Source: an uncultured virus (IMG/VR IMGVR_UViG_3300037237_000057)
Taxonomy: Duplodnaviria > Heunggongvirae > Uroviricota > Caudoviricetes
IMG/VR virus record: IMGVR_UViG_3300037237_000057
DNA: 20,000 nt
Strand: one strand, 5' to 3'
A program made the translations under genes and the position numbers. Within the stretch, counting starts at the first letter, position 1; every line of letters begins with the position of its first letter. Of this stretch, positions 8,488-16,799 are shown one piece after another. Under the pieces are notes generated by a model. That model ran no database searches, was not told where the DNA came from, and saw only the letters and a program-made list of their open reading frames with translations.

Positions 8488-8877
8488 CTAATGTGAAGAT
8501 TCTACTGCTTCCGGGGGCTTCGGGGTGTGGGAACTCTCAGCCGATGGCATATCAGCGGCGTATTGCTGAAATCCATGACTGAATTCAGGCTGCACCGTCT
8601 TCTTCGCTGCCATCAGGTCGCGGACCAGCCGCTGCGTCTGGGCAGGCTGCACCACATTGATTACCTTGACTTGAGCGCTTAGGGTGTCGATCTGGCGCTG
8701 GAGGTCTGTCACGCGCTGGTCATGCTGCGTTGCGGTTGCGGTAATCTTCGCATCCTCTTCCGCAAACTTGCTGTTGAGCCATACCGCACCGCCCCAGACT
8801 GAGCCTCCAAAGCCGCCAAGGATTGTCACCACGGCAAGGATAAGGGGGATCTGAGACGTGTTGGCCCGTGTGGTCAC
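8488..8877 (-). CDS. N-terminal TM plus coiled-coil protein (129 aa), i-spanin- or holin-like
   Basis: Start reassigned to GTG 8877 (GTGA overlap, GAGG upstream). IPLILAVVTILGGFGGSVWGGAVWL followed by the heptad segment QRVTDLQRQIDTLSAQV. Confidence 0.6.
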   Translation of the reverse strand: MTTRANTSQIPLILAVVTILGGFGGSVWGGAVWLNSKFAEEDAKITATATQHDQRVTDLQRQIDTLSAQVKVINVVQPAQTQRLVRDLMAAKKTVQPEFSHGFQQYAADMPSAESSHTPKPPEAVESSH

Positions 8878-9071
8878 TTGTTTTCGCCTCTCTTGTTCAG
8901 CCTGTCGCAAAGATCATAGGCCATCTGACCGGGGTTAATCTCCGCTGGCATGGACGCCCAAAATGATGCTACGGTCTGATTCGGCTCGGGCGCATACTGG
9001 GTGTCCCGCACATCCCACCAGTCGTTACCGTCTTTGACCGGCTTGGTCACGATATACCGCTGCGTGGTCAT
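8874..9071 (-). CDS. Hypothetical protein (65 aa)
   Basis: ATGA overlap with the upstream gene; GAGGG upstream. Confidence 0.65.
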   Translation of the reverse strand: MTTQRYIVTKPVKDGNDWWDVRDTQYAPEPNQTVASFWASMPAEINPGQMAYDLCDRLNKRGENK

Positions 9072-9232
9072 GTGGTCAGCCCTCTCTCTTTCCGTTGGTA
9101 TTTCTGCGCAATGGCCAGCAGCTCAGCTTCTTTCTTGAGCCATGCTTGATACTCAGCGTGGGTCATGGTGCTGCCAGTGGCGACGGCGACCAGAGGGCCT
9201 GTAGGATAGCCGGGTTTGGTTGGCTGGATCAT
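9068..9232 (-). CDS. Hypothetical protein (54 aa, MIQPTKPG...)
   Basis: Start reassigned to ATG 9232, an ATGA overlap with the upstream stop. Confidence 0.55.
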   Translation of the reverse strand: MIQPTKPGYPTGPLVAVATGSTMTHAEYQAWLKKEAELLAIAQKYQRKERGLTT

Positions 9233-9456
9233 ATGTGAACTCCGCTGGCATGAAGGATCATATCCGCTATGATAGTAGCGAAAATTCCTACAAGCAGCCA
9301 AACCATTTTGCTGAGATTTGAAGAAATTCCAGATATCGTAACTTCAGTCAACGTGACGCGAGTAGCGAGAGAAGGTTCACTCTTGCCCCTGTCAATCATC
9401 ACAAAGTCGTGAAGTTTCTCGAATTCTCGATTTAGATGTTCCAAGTCCGCCACCAT
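9229..9456 (-). CDS. Small C-terminally anchored membrane protein (75 aa), XhlA/holin-like architecture
   Basis: Helical N-terminus followed by MVWLLVGIFATIIADMIL. First gene after the fibre cluster; AGGGGG upstream. Confidence 0.65.
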   Translation of the reverse strand: MVADLEHLNREFEKLHDFVMIDRGKSEPSLATRVTLTEVTISGISSNLSKMVWLLVGIFATIIADMILHASGVHI

Positions 9457-9462
9457 GTCCCC

Positions 9463-10368
9463 CTAGTTCACCAGTTGAGGTTGAGAAATCTGGTCGCCGG
9501 TCGCTGAACCATTGGCGTCGATCACAAAGCCACTATAACCAGTAGTGTACGGCGAAGATGAATCAGTCACAGTACCACAGAGTACACCATTGCGATAGAC
9601 ACTGATTGCAATAGACTTTTCTGCCACAATCACCGCGCTGGCCCTGAAGACGCTGGTGGCCGTAAAGCCTGCGCTGCAGACGGCGGTGCCGATGGATTTG
9701 CATACCCCGGCTGTGCATTTGGTAACTTGCTGGTTGTCGCCGGAATTGTTGAGACTGACCGAGTATCCGTTGCCTGCAGCGGTCGTTGAAAGCAATCCCT
9801 GAATCGCGCCAAGACCGTCAACCGCAGCCACGGTGAACTGAATAGAGGGCGTCAGCGATGCCGGGCAGGATGTGAGGATAGCCCCGCCGCCGCGATATTT
9901 GGCATTAGCCTGCGCGACGCCAAGATCTTGCACCACACTGCCCCCGCCGATTGAGAACCCGGCAGGCTGCGTCCAGTTGGCGGAATTTAGAGCCGCCCCC
10001 AAGGCCCCGCTGAACGGATCGGTGAAGGGGGCGCAGGTGCCAGGTGGAGGCGGTGGAGGCGGAGGCGTGGTGCCGGTAGGGTAGGTGATTGTCACTGTTC
10101 CCGAAACTGGCATATTCCCGCTGATGTCTGTTCCTGAGACGCCCAGCGCTCCTGAGAGAGTTCCGGTAACGGTCGCTGTCGCCGGCGGGGATGCAGTGCC
10201 GGTTGGATATGTGACCGCTACGGTCCCCGAGACGGGCATACTCCCGGTAACACCAGTACCTTGAACGGTCAGTGTCCCCGTGAGGATCCCAGTAACGGTC
10301 GTCGTCTGGGCGTGAGCGATAGCAGCGAACAGAAACAAGCCTGCGAGTATCTTCATGGGTATCCTCAT
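9463..10368 (-). CDS. Signal-peptide protein (about 300 aa): tandem 37-aa repeats, poly-Pro linker and a lectin/concanavalin-like beta-sandwich
   Basis: Start at ATG 10368 (ATGA overlap) or 10356 (GAGG RBS): MKILAGLFLFAAIAHA|Q. C-domain FTDPFSG...NW...YRNG...VTDSS...GYSGF. Confidence 0.8.
   Translation of the reverse strand: MRIPMKILAGLFLFAAIAHAQTTTVTGILTGTLTVQGTGVTGSMPVSGTVAVTYPTGTASPPATATVTGTLSGALGVSGTDISGNMPVSGTVTITYPTGTTPPPPPPPPGTCAPFTDPFSGALGAALNSANWTQPAGFSIGGGSVVQDLGVAQANAKYRGGGAILTSCPASLTPSIQFTVAAVDGLGAIQGLLSTTAAGNGYSVSLNNSGDNQQVTKCTAGVCKSIGTAVCSAGFTATSVFRASAVIVAEKSIAISVYRNGVLCGTVTDSSSPYTTGYSGFVIDANGSATGDQISQPQLVN
10069..10305 (-). repeat. Intragenic duplication of 37 aa with a 42-aa period
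   Basis: TTTVTGILTGTLTVQGTGVTGSMPVSGTVAVTYPTGT versus TATVTGTLSGALGVSGTDISGNMPVSGTVTITYPTGT. Confidence 0.85.
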
Positions 10369-13300
10369 TGAATCGTCACGCTTCCAGTGATCTTGACCGG
10401 GCCGGTGATCGTCACCGAAGACGGCGCCGAAACTGGCGAAAATGTAGCGCTCACGGCGCAAGCGTTATTCGGCATCGAGAACGTGTAGGGATTCCCAGAA
10501 CCGCCGCAAGTTCCGGTGATACTAGAAGTGACGTAACCAGCGTTTGGAACTGGCGTGCAGGAGACAGATGTCCCATAGTTTTTAGCGCCTGTCGAGCAGC
10601 CCGTTATGGTTCCATTGCTCGGTGCATTGACTGTAAGCGTCCAGCTATTGAGCGCGAATGACGCGGTGGTGGTCACATTGCTGCTGCCGATAGTGCCTGC
10701 GCACACATTGCCTGTTATCGTGCCAGGGCAGAGCGTGATGCTGGAGAAGGTGCTTCCGATGCCTGCCGTTGCCGTTGAAGAGTAGCTTGCCCCCGTCGCT
10801 AGCCCGCTTGCAGGACAGTTTGTGCCTGAGTATGTGCCTGTCCCTGTTCCAGTCTTTGTCGGGGTGCAGGAGTAGGTCGGGGCCGTTATGGTGTACGCGG
10901 CAGAGCCCACTGAGGAATCAAGATAACCCGTTCCCCCCGCCACTGCATAGAGGGTTTCGCTGGCTGAGACGGACACTGGGCTTGTGTAAAGTGTCCCAGT
11001 TGTGCAACCAGTCGTCCCATTCGTTGCCGGTGAGCCGGTGGTGTTATAGCAGATTACGCCCCCACTAGATGTGGAGATTGCCACGTTCTGGGTACTTGAG
11101 TACGTGCCAGCCACTGGGCTAAAGGTCGGCGTTCCTGCTGTGGGTGTTCCACCACTAGAGTCTTCGGCACCAATGTCCAGCGGGTGCGTGCGGGCCGTGA
11201 GCTGGCTGGTGGACACGTTATAGCCGTAGCGCACAGGCAATTGCGCGGCAAGCCCGGTCAGCGCGGAACCGGCCCCGATAGCCGCAGAGCCGGATTGCGG
11301 GATCATGGTGGTGGAGTTGTAGGGCTGCGTAGCCGTGTTGAGGAAGTTGCCGTTCGTCAGCCCGTAGATGTGGGTATTCATGGGAGCAGACAGCGGCCAG
11401 AGGCAAGTCAGGTCGCAGCTATTTGGCCACCCAAAAGCGTATCCGCTCGAATAGCTGACGGTCGCTGAAATGGGAATTGGGTTGGCGATGTACGAATAGC
11501 TCGATGGCAGCGTGGTGAGCAGGTTGGTCGTCGCTGACAGCACGAGCGTCTGAAAGTCGCCCATCTGTATGGTGGAGTTCAGGCCGGAAGTTCGCGTTGA
11601 CCAGAAGATGTTATTCCATGTGTTGACGTGGGAGGTCAGGTACGGATCGTAGCCATCGTTGTTCTCTCCAATGGCAAATGCGACAGCGGCATTGTCCAGC
11701 GTGTTGTTGTAGAAGTAGAGGAAGCCGTTGCGGTCGGTCATGTCACCGATATTGTCTTCCGCGTAGTGGATCTGATCGAGGGCCGAAGCTCCATAGAGCA
11801 TGTTTCCGTAAACGAAGTCCTTTTGTTTACTCTCTTGATACCACGTCAGATTCGGCCCCAGACGGTCGCCGTAGAAGTACATTCCTGAGTTTGCCAAGTA
11901 GTATTCAAAGGCTACATACTGCGCGGCATCTTGAACCTCAACCATATCGACAACACGCTGCGCTCCGGTGCCGATGTAGTTGTAGCGGATGATCCCTTCA
12001 ACGCCGCGCCACTTGAGCATTGACCCTGTTGCCGTGGCGTTGTAGTTGTCGATGCGGTTGCCTTCCAACATGCAATAGAAGCACTGAACGTAAAGCTGAT
12101 GATAAGTCGCGCTTCCGGCAACACCAGAGTTCTGAATGTGATTGCCGCGAATCGTGACATTAGTTGTCGTGACGACAAACCCACTGTTGTCTGAATTCTC
12201 GGCAAGGAAGGTGCCATTCGAGTTGTTGTCGATGTCGTTGCCGTCGAAATCAACATAGATGCCGGAGCGAAGGTTGATGCCCGCCGCGCCCGCTACCCAT
12301 CCGCAAGTAGTGTGCGTTCCTGAGCCGTCGGGGCAGACACCAGAGATGCCCCCAGGCTGAGTGTAGTTGTTCCCCGGTCGCGCATTCTTAACGTGCAACC
12401 CGGTGATCAGCACATAGGCCGGAGCCATGACGGAGTTGCCGTCTCCAGAGTAGGGCGTGATAGCGTCCTGCCAATAGCCGTAATGGGGCTGTGCCATCCA
12501 GAGACTCATCACGCCGTAACCGGCCGCCGCGCCAATTGAGATGGAAGCGTCTGAGGATGTGGCGTTGTTGCCGTCCATGATGGGAAGATTGCCCAGCGAA
12601 TCAGGGACGCCGCAAAAGATGATGGGCTGAGTTGCAGTTCCCGATTGCTGGATCTGAAAATACTCAGGAAATGTGGATGGACTCAATCCTGTTGTGTCGG
12701 TGTTGACTAGCTGATACATCGTCCCCGGAGTGATGCCTGTGATAACAGGTGTGCTGCCGATTGTGGTGTAGGCTTTGCCGGCGCCTATCTGATAGAAGCC
12801 TCCCGTCAGAGCCGGATCGCGGTAGCATTCGCGCGGTGCGGTCTGTTCGGCGTTGCCAGCCGTGGCCCATGAAGGCATCGCATTGGGACTGACGTAGACG
12901 ATGGCCGTGTTGGAGCCGGAGTTGCAGTTGTCTGCATACTTGATGCCGTAGCGCCCGGTCACGCTGGCTGTGAATATTGTGTCGCGGTTGGTTGTGTCAG
13001 AGAGTGTGCCGTTGCCGCCCGCTGGCTGACTCGTGATTGACCATGTTCCTGTCTCATCTACGCAGCCCACCACCCACGATTGCAGGCTCATAGGCTGGCT
13101 CTGAAACGCCTGCTGATAGGCCGGAGCAACGATGACCGAGTTCTGCCCGTTGGGAAGCGTGCTGGTTGAATTGGCGCATACGTTGAATTTGTAGGTCGCG
13201 CTCTTGGTCGTATCGTCCACAGATTGGGCTGTAACCGTCACCACGCCGGTAGAAGCGAACGTGTAGGGACCAGCGTTGCCCGGCCCCGGCGTCACGGTGC

Positions 13301-14945
13301 AGGTCCCCGCGGTGCTCCCGATATTGACCTGCATGACAGGCAATCCGCCCGAGATGGACGATACCGCGCTGTGGGTCGGGTCAGTAAATGTGGCGCTTGT
13401 GCCACCCGTACCCGATGCAGTCCAATTGACGGTGCAACTACCTGTTCCAGACGTGCATTGCGTGCCGCTGATGGTGATGTTGGCATTGATCGTGCGCTGC
13501 GATCCGGGCAAAACGCCGAAGGGGAATGCTGGCACATTGGCTGTGATGGCTACGGTACCGCCTCCGGAGATTGTGTAGACCGCGCTGCCCACAGCGCTGT
13601 CGGTGTAGCCGGGGCATCCATGCACGTAGGCATAGAGAGTAACCGCCGTGGTGACAGAGTACGTGGTTTGGTTGGTGGTCGGCGTGGGGTTGGTGTCGAA
13701 GTAGATGTACGAGCTGCAACCGCTGGTGCTAGTGGAGGCTGTCACGGTCGTTGGGTTAGATACCGCGCCTGCCACTGGAGAGAAGGTTGGCGTGGACGCT
13801 GAGCCGCCACCTGATGAGGACTTGGGATATACCCAAAGTTCATGCTGCCCCGAGGATGTGGGGTCGGTAGCCGTATAGAAGCTGTCATCCCAAGGGCTGA
13901 TTGCTATTTGCTTATCGCTGGCCTGTTCACCCGAAGGCAAGCCTGTGGAGAATATACTCCAAGTCACCCCGCTATCAGTCGATCGATAGATGTTGGAGTT
14001 CCAGCCGCCAAGATACTCGCCTGCTACCACGTTTCCATACAGAGCGTGGTTGCTGATTTTGTTGTACGTTCCGCCTTGACTGAGGTCAGTCCAGGTGTTC
14101 GTGGACACCACATACCGCGATATCGAATAGGGACCACTTGAAAGGATTCGGCTCACTGCAATCAGGTAAGTCGGGGAGGTACTGGCGTTTCCGTCGCCAA
14201 CAATAACCTGTGCGTTACCGCCATACCCGGCAGCAGTGGTTGCCCACATGGCAGTGCCGCTGGACATATTCGCGGGGGACTTCATGTACGCTCCCTCACC
14301 GCCCCAGTACATCTGCCCATTGTACAGCGCCATTGCGTAATTGTAGCCACTCGTATAGCCGAAGCCAGTGTAGGCATCAGTGACCAAAGAACTGAATGTG
14401 GACCCGCCGTTGGTGGACTCCCAGAAATCAGCGGAGAGATCGCTCAGGTATATGTTGTTGCTGGCGTCCACCTGAAGGTTGCGCAGTTGCGTTTTGGTGC
14501 CGGATGGGTTGGAGGAGAAGGACCACGTAGACCCATTCCATTTTCCAACGACGCAATAAGAGCATCCTAGTCCGGGGCCGACACTGCCGATTCCGGCATA
14601 GATATTACCCGCAGAGTCTTGCGTCCAGCTATTCACTTCCGCAGTTCCGGAGTTCTGTGTGGCCGCAGGAAACCCTGAATCAATCTCCGTCCAATCACCT
14701 GCAGTTGTCGGATGATCCCGAAGGTCAGACACTTTGGCTTCCCATGTGCCATTGCCGATCATCGACACGTACAGATAGCAGTTGCTTGAGGCGAAAAGAC
14801 TAGCAACGGATGCGGAGCCGGTCGTCATGCCGGAGGGCAACGTCAGTTGTGCCCACGCCGCCGATGTGTTCGGTCCTGTCGGACACACAACAGCGTGCGC
14901 GAGCGGGGCAAAGAGCGCCAGCAGGAACAGAATCGTTTTTCTCAT
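10365..14945 (-). CDS. Large signal-peptide multidomain protein (1526 aa): Asp-box beta-propeller, chitobiase-C/Fn3-like domain, Ig-like domains, right-handed beta-helix, second chitobiase-C-like domain and InlB-B-repeat-like domains
   Basis: Start reassigned to ATG 14945 (ATGA overlap): MRKTILFLLALFAPLAHA|VV. Motifs: ESTNGGSTF and RSTDSGVTW; two TPTFSPVAG...DS.VGSA.YTI units; N-rich helix rungs (DGNDIDNN, RGNHIQN, EGNRIDN, YNNTLDN); SAAIGAG...DIGAE. Confidence 0.88.
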   Translation of the reverse strand: MRKTILFLLALFAPLAHAVVCPTGPNTSAAWAQLTLPSGMTTGSASVASLFASSNCYLYVSMIGNGTWEAKVSDLRDHPTTAGDWTEIDSGFPAATQNSGTAEVNSWTQDSAGNIYAGIGSVGPGLGCSYCVVGKWNGSTWSFSSNPSGTKTQLRNLQVDASNNIYLSDLSADFWESTNGGSTFSSLVTDAYTGFGYTSGYNYAMALYNGQMYWGGEGAYMKSPANMSSGTAMWATTAAGYGGNAQVIVGDGNASTSPTYLIAVSRILSSGPYSISRYVVSTNTWTDLSQGGTYNKISNHALYGNVVAGEYLGGWNSNIYRSTDSGVTWSIFSTGLPSGEQASDKQIAISPWDDSFYTATDPTSSGQHELWVYPKSSSGGGSASTPTFSPVAGAVSNPTTVTASTSTSGCSSYIYFDTNPTPTTNQTTYSVTTAVTLYAYVHGCPGYTDSAVGSAVYTISGGGTVAITANVPAFPFGVLPGSQRTINANITISGTQCTSGTGSCTVNWTASGTGGTSATFTDPTHSAVSSISGGLPVMQVNIGSTAGTCTVTPGPGNAGPYTFASTGVVTVTAQSVDDTTKSATYKFNVCANSTSTLPNGQNSVIVAPAYQQAFQSQPMSLQSWVVGCVDETGTWSITSQPAGGNGTLSDTTNRDTIFTASVTGRYGIKYADNCNSGSNTAIVYVSPNAMPSWATAGNAEQTAPRECYRDPALTGGFYQIGAGKAYTTIGSTPVITGITPGTMYQLVNTDTTGLSPSTFPEYFQIQQSGTATQPIIFCGVPDSLGNLPIMDGNNATSSDASISIGAAAGYGVMSLWMAQPHYGYWQDAITPYSGDGNSVMAPAYVLITGLHVKNARPGNNYTQPGGISGVCPDGSGTHTTCGWVAGAAGINLRSGIYVDFDGNDIDNNSNGTFLAENSDNSGFVVTTTNVTIRGNHIQNSGVAGSATYHQLYVQCFYCMLEGNRIDNYNATATGSMLKWRGVEGIIRYNYIGTGAQRVVDMVEVQDAAQYVAFEYYLANSGMYFYGDRLGPNLTWYQESKQKDFVYGNMLYGASALDQIHYAEDNIGDMTDRNGFLYFYNNTLDNAAVAFAIGENNDGYDPYLTSHVNTWNNIFWSTRTSGLNSTIQMGDFQTLVLSATTNLLTTLPSSYSYIANPIPISATVSYSSGYAFGWPNSCDLTCLWPLSAPMNTHIYGLTNGNFLNTATQPYNSTTMIPQSGSAAIGAGSALTGLAAQLPVRYGYNVSTSQLTARTHPLDIGAEDSSGGTPTAGTPTFSPVAGTYSSTQNVAISTSSGGVICYNTTGSPATNGTTGCTTGTLYTSPVSVSASETLYAVAGGTGYLDSSVGSAAYTITAPTYSCTPTKTGTGTGTYSGTNCPASGLATGASYSSTATAGIGSTFSSITLCPGTITGNVCAGTIGSSNVTTTASFALNSWTLTVNAPSNGTITGCSTGAKNYGTSVSCTPVPNAGYVTSSITGTCGGSGNPYTFSMPNNACAVSATFSPVSAPSSVTITGPVKITGSVTIQ

Positions 14946-16798
14946 TGAATCACCCCGCTCAGCACGCCGCTGAAGAATGAGCCATTGATTCCGCCAGCCA
15001 CGTACTGATATGCACCAATGTCCCACGCACCGGATGCTGGCCGCGCATTCCCAGCCGTGTCGAAACAGAGTGCAGGAATTGTCGCGCAATTGCTTGTGAG
15101 GTTCTGGCCAGCCAGAATGACTGCGCTTCCAGACGAAGGCACATAGCCTGCGGAGAGGTTTGGATTACCGAGAGTGGCGTTCGCGTCCTGCGCTCCGTAG
15201 GTGTTGCCAGCCGACTGCCAATTCGCAAAAGTTATTTCGTTCCAGCAGGTTGCGGACGTAGCATAGCAGTTGTAGTAATCGTTGTAGTTTGAGGTCAGAT
15301 TATAAGTCTGTCCTGCCCTGGCCTGAAGTCTTGTATTGAACTGAGCACGCTCACAGATGTTATTGATGAATTGTATGTTAGATACTGCACTAGTTCCAGA
15401 CTCGATCCCTAGGCAAGTAGTACTTTGCAAAACCCCGCTTGCATAGTCGTTACTCATTTCTGTATTGTTGAAAATGTCCAGATAGGTTGTTGATGATGGT
15501 GGGTTATTTGACACACAGATTTCGCCGCACCCAAAATGCGCTACACTGCCTTGGTCGTTCAGCACGTTATTAAACATCATCAGTGGGGTGCCGGAAGACC
15601 CTCCAGAATTCTCCCAGAAATAGCATGAATTTAAGCCTCTTCCCCAATTACCATCGCAAAGGTTGTTGTATACAAGCATGTTCGTAGCTATGAGATTCGC
15701 TTGAAATTGAAAGCCGTCATGGTGGCTATCGTCTACTTGGGGTCCATCGTCGAAGGTCGCACCATCATGGACGTGGTTGTTGTTGACGGTAATGTTGCTA
15801 AGTGTGGCGTTGGCACTGCTGCCGCCGATGTTTATTCCGTGGTTTATGTATCCCACATTGTTCCCTGAGATTGTCACGCCTGTATTACTATCGCCTGGAA
15901 CGGCGTTATAGCCGATCCCAGACTGAGTGTAACTGATATTCAAATTCTGAATGGTGGCATTATTTACGTTCTGAAAGCCAACCGCACCAGAACCTATAAA
16001 CCCAGCAGACTCGTCGTACATGAATCCGCCCGTTGCTGTTTGCCCAGAAGCTACCAGGGCCGTGTTGATCGTCGCGGTGCTGCCTGTACAGGTAGCAATT
16101 GGTATTCCCGCCGCGCCCTCTGTTGTAGGAATGTTGAGAGCTGAATTAGTCGAACCGTAGAGCGAGATCGGTACTCCAATCGAGTAGGCGCAGGGGTTGG
16201 TTAGATTGATCGTCACCACACTGCCACTAGATGAGAGAGAACTGACGGGCTGTGCTCCAAGCGGTTGATAAGCCGGCCCGATTGCGCAGGTCGAACTTGC
16301 GTCGCACTCAACCGTGGTGTTGCTTGTGTTTGCTGAGTAGATGAGGGTGCCACCTTGCTGATAGGTAAGGCCAGCGCCGTTTGCTGTTGTTTGGATCACC
16401 GCCCCAGAACCTAAACTAAGGACTGCGTAAGCCACGTTCAGATCGACGATTCCATCCGTACCGGCGTAAGGGGCTGTGATAGCTGAACCATTGTCGAGAC
16501 GCAGGGTGATTGGATTGCCTGAAGTCCCTGCCTGCTGCCACTTAAAATAAGCTGATGCCCCTGCTGGACCTGTCCATGTTCCACACACATGAACTGTAGT
16601 GCCAGGGCTGATCTTTCCTGCTGTGTAGGTTGAAGCCCAGTTGCCGAGTGTTGTCCAAAAGGTAACGGCATAAGCATTTCCGCAAGAGGTTCCAGTTCCC
16701 GATCCTGCGACGGTTTCAGCCACATAAATGTCCTGCGTTTGCGCCCTAGCGAAGTTGGCAGCGACGACAAGCGCCAGAATAAAAGCGAGTTTTAGCAT
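14942..16798 (-). CDS. Signal-peptide right-handed beta-helix protein (618 aa), depolymerase/adhesin-like
   Basis: Likely start ATG 16798: MLKLAFILALVVAANFARA|Q. Motifs: YVA...GSGTG.SC.NA, GTSGNPIT, NNHVHD, HHDGFQ, YNN/FNN rungs, and a choice-of-anchor-Q-like DTAGNARP...WDIGAYQY. Confidence 0.88.
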   Translation of the reverse strand: MLKLAFILALVVAANFARAQTQDIYVAETVAGSGTGTSCGNAYAVTFWTTLGNWASTYTAGKISPGTTVHVCGTWTGPAGASAYFKWQQAGTSGNPITLRLDNGSAITAPYAGTDGIVDLNVAYAVLSLGSGAVIQTTANGAGLTYQQGGTLIYSANTSNTTVECDASSTCAIGPAYQPLGAQPVSSLSSSGSVVTINLTNPCAYSIGVPISLYGSTNSALNIPTTEGAAGIPIATCTGSTATINTALVASGQTATGGFMYDESAGFIGSGAVGFQNVNNATIQNLNISYTQSGIGYNAVPGDSNTGVTISGNNVGYINHGINIGGSSANATLSNITVNNNHVHDGATFDDGPQVDDSHHDGFQFQANLIATNMLVYNNLCDGNWGRGLNSCYFWENSGGSSGTPLMMFNNVLNDQGSVAHFGCGEICVSNNPPSSTTYLDIFNNTEMSNDYASGVLQSTTCLGIESGTSAVSNIQFINNICERAQFNTRLQARAGQTYNLTSNYNDYYNCYATSATCWNEITFANWQSAGNTYGAQDANATLGNPNLSAGYVPSSGSAVILAGQNLTSNCATIPALCFDTAGNARPASGAWDIGAYQYVAGGINGSFFSGVLSGVIQ

Positions 16799-16799
16799 T

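Noticed and set aside
8488..8877. Embedded Rz1-like o-spanin in the TM/coiled-coil gene
   Set aside because: Alternative-frame ORFs inspected by eye are short and lack a lipobox.
14946..15089. Longest-ORF N-terminal extensions (also at 10461, 19741, 6880, 5615, 8910 and 9301)
   Set aside because: They overlap upstream genes. Downstream starts have an RBS or stop/start coupling and, for the fibre-cluster genes, expose clean signal peptides.
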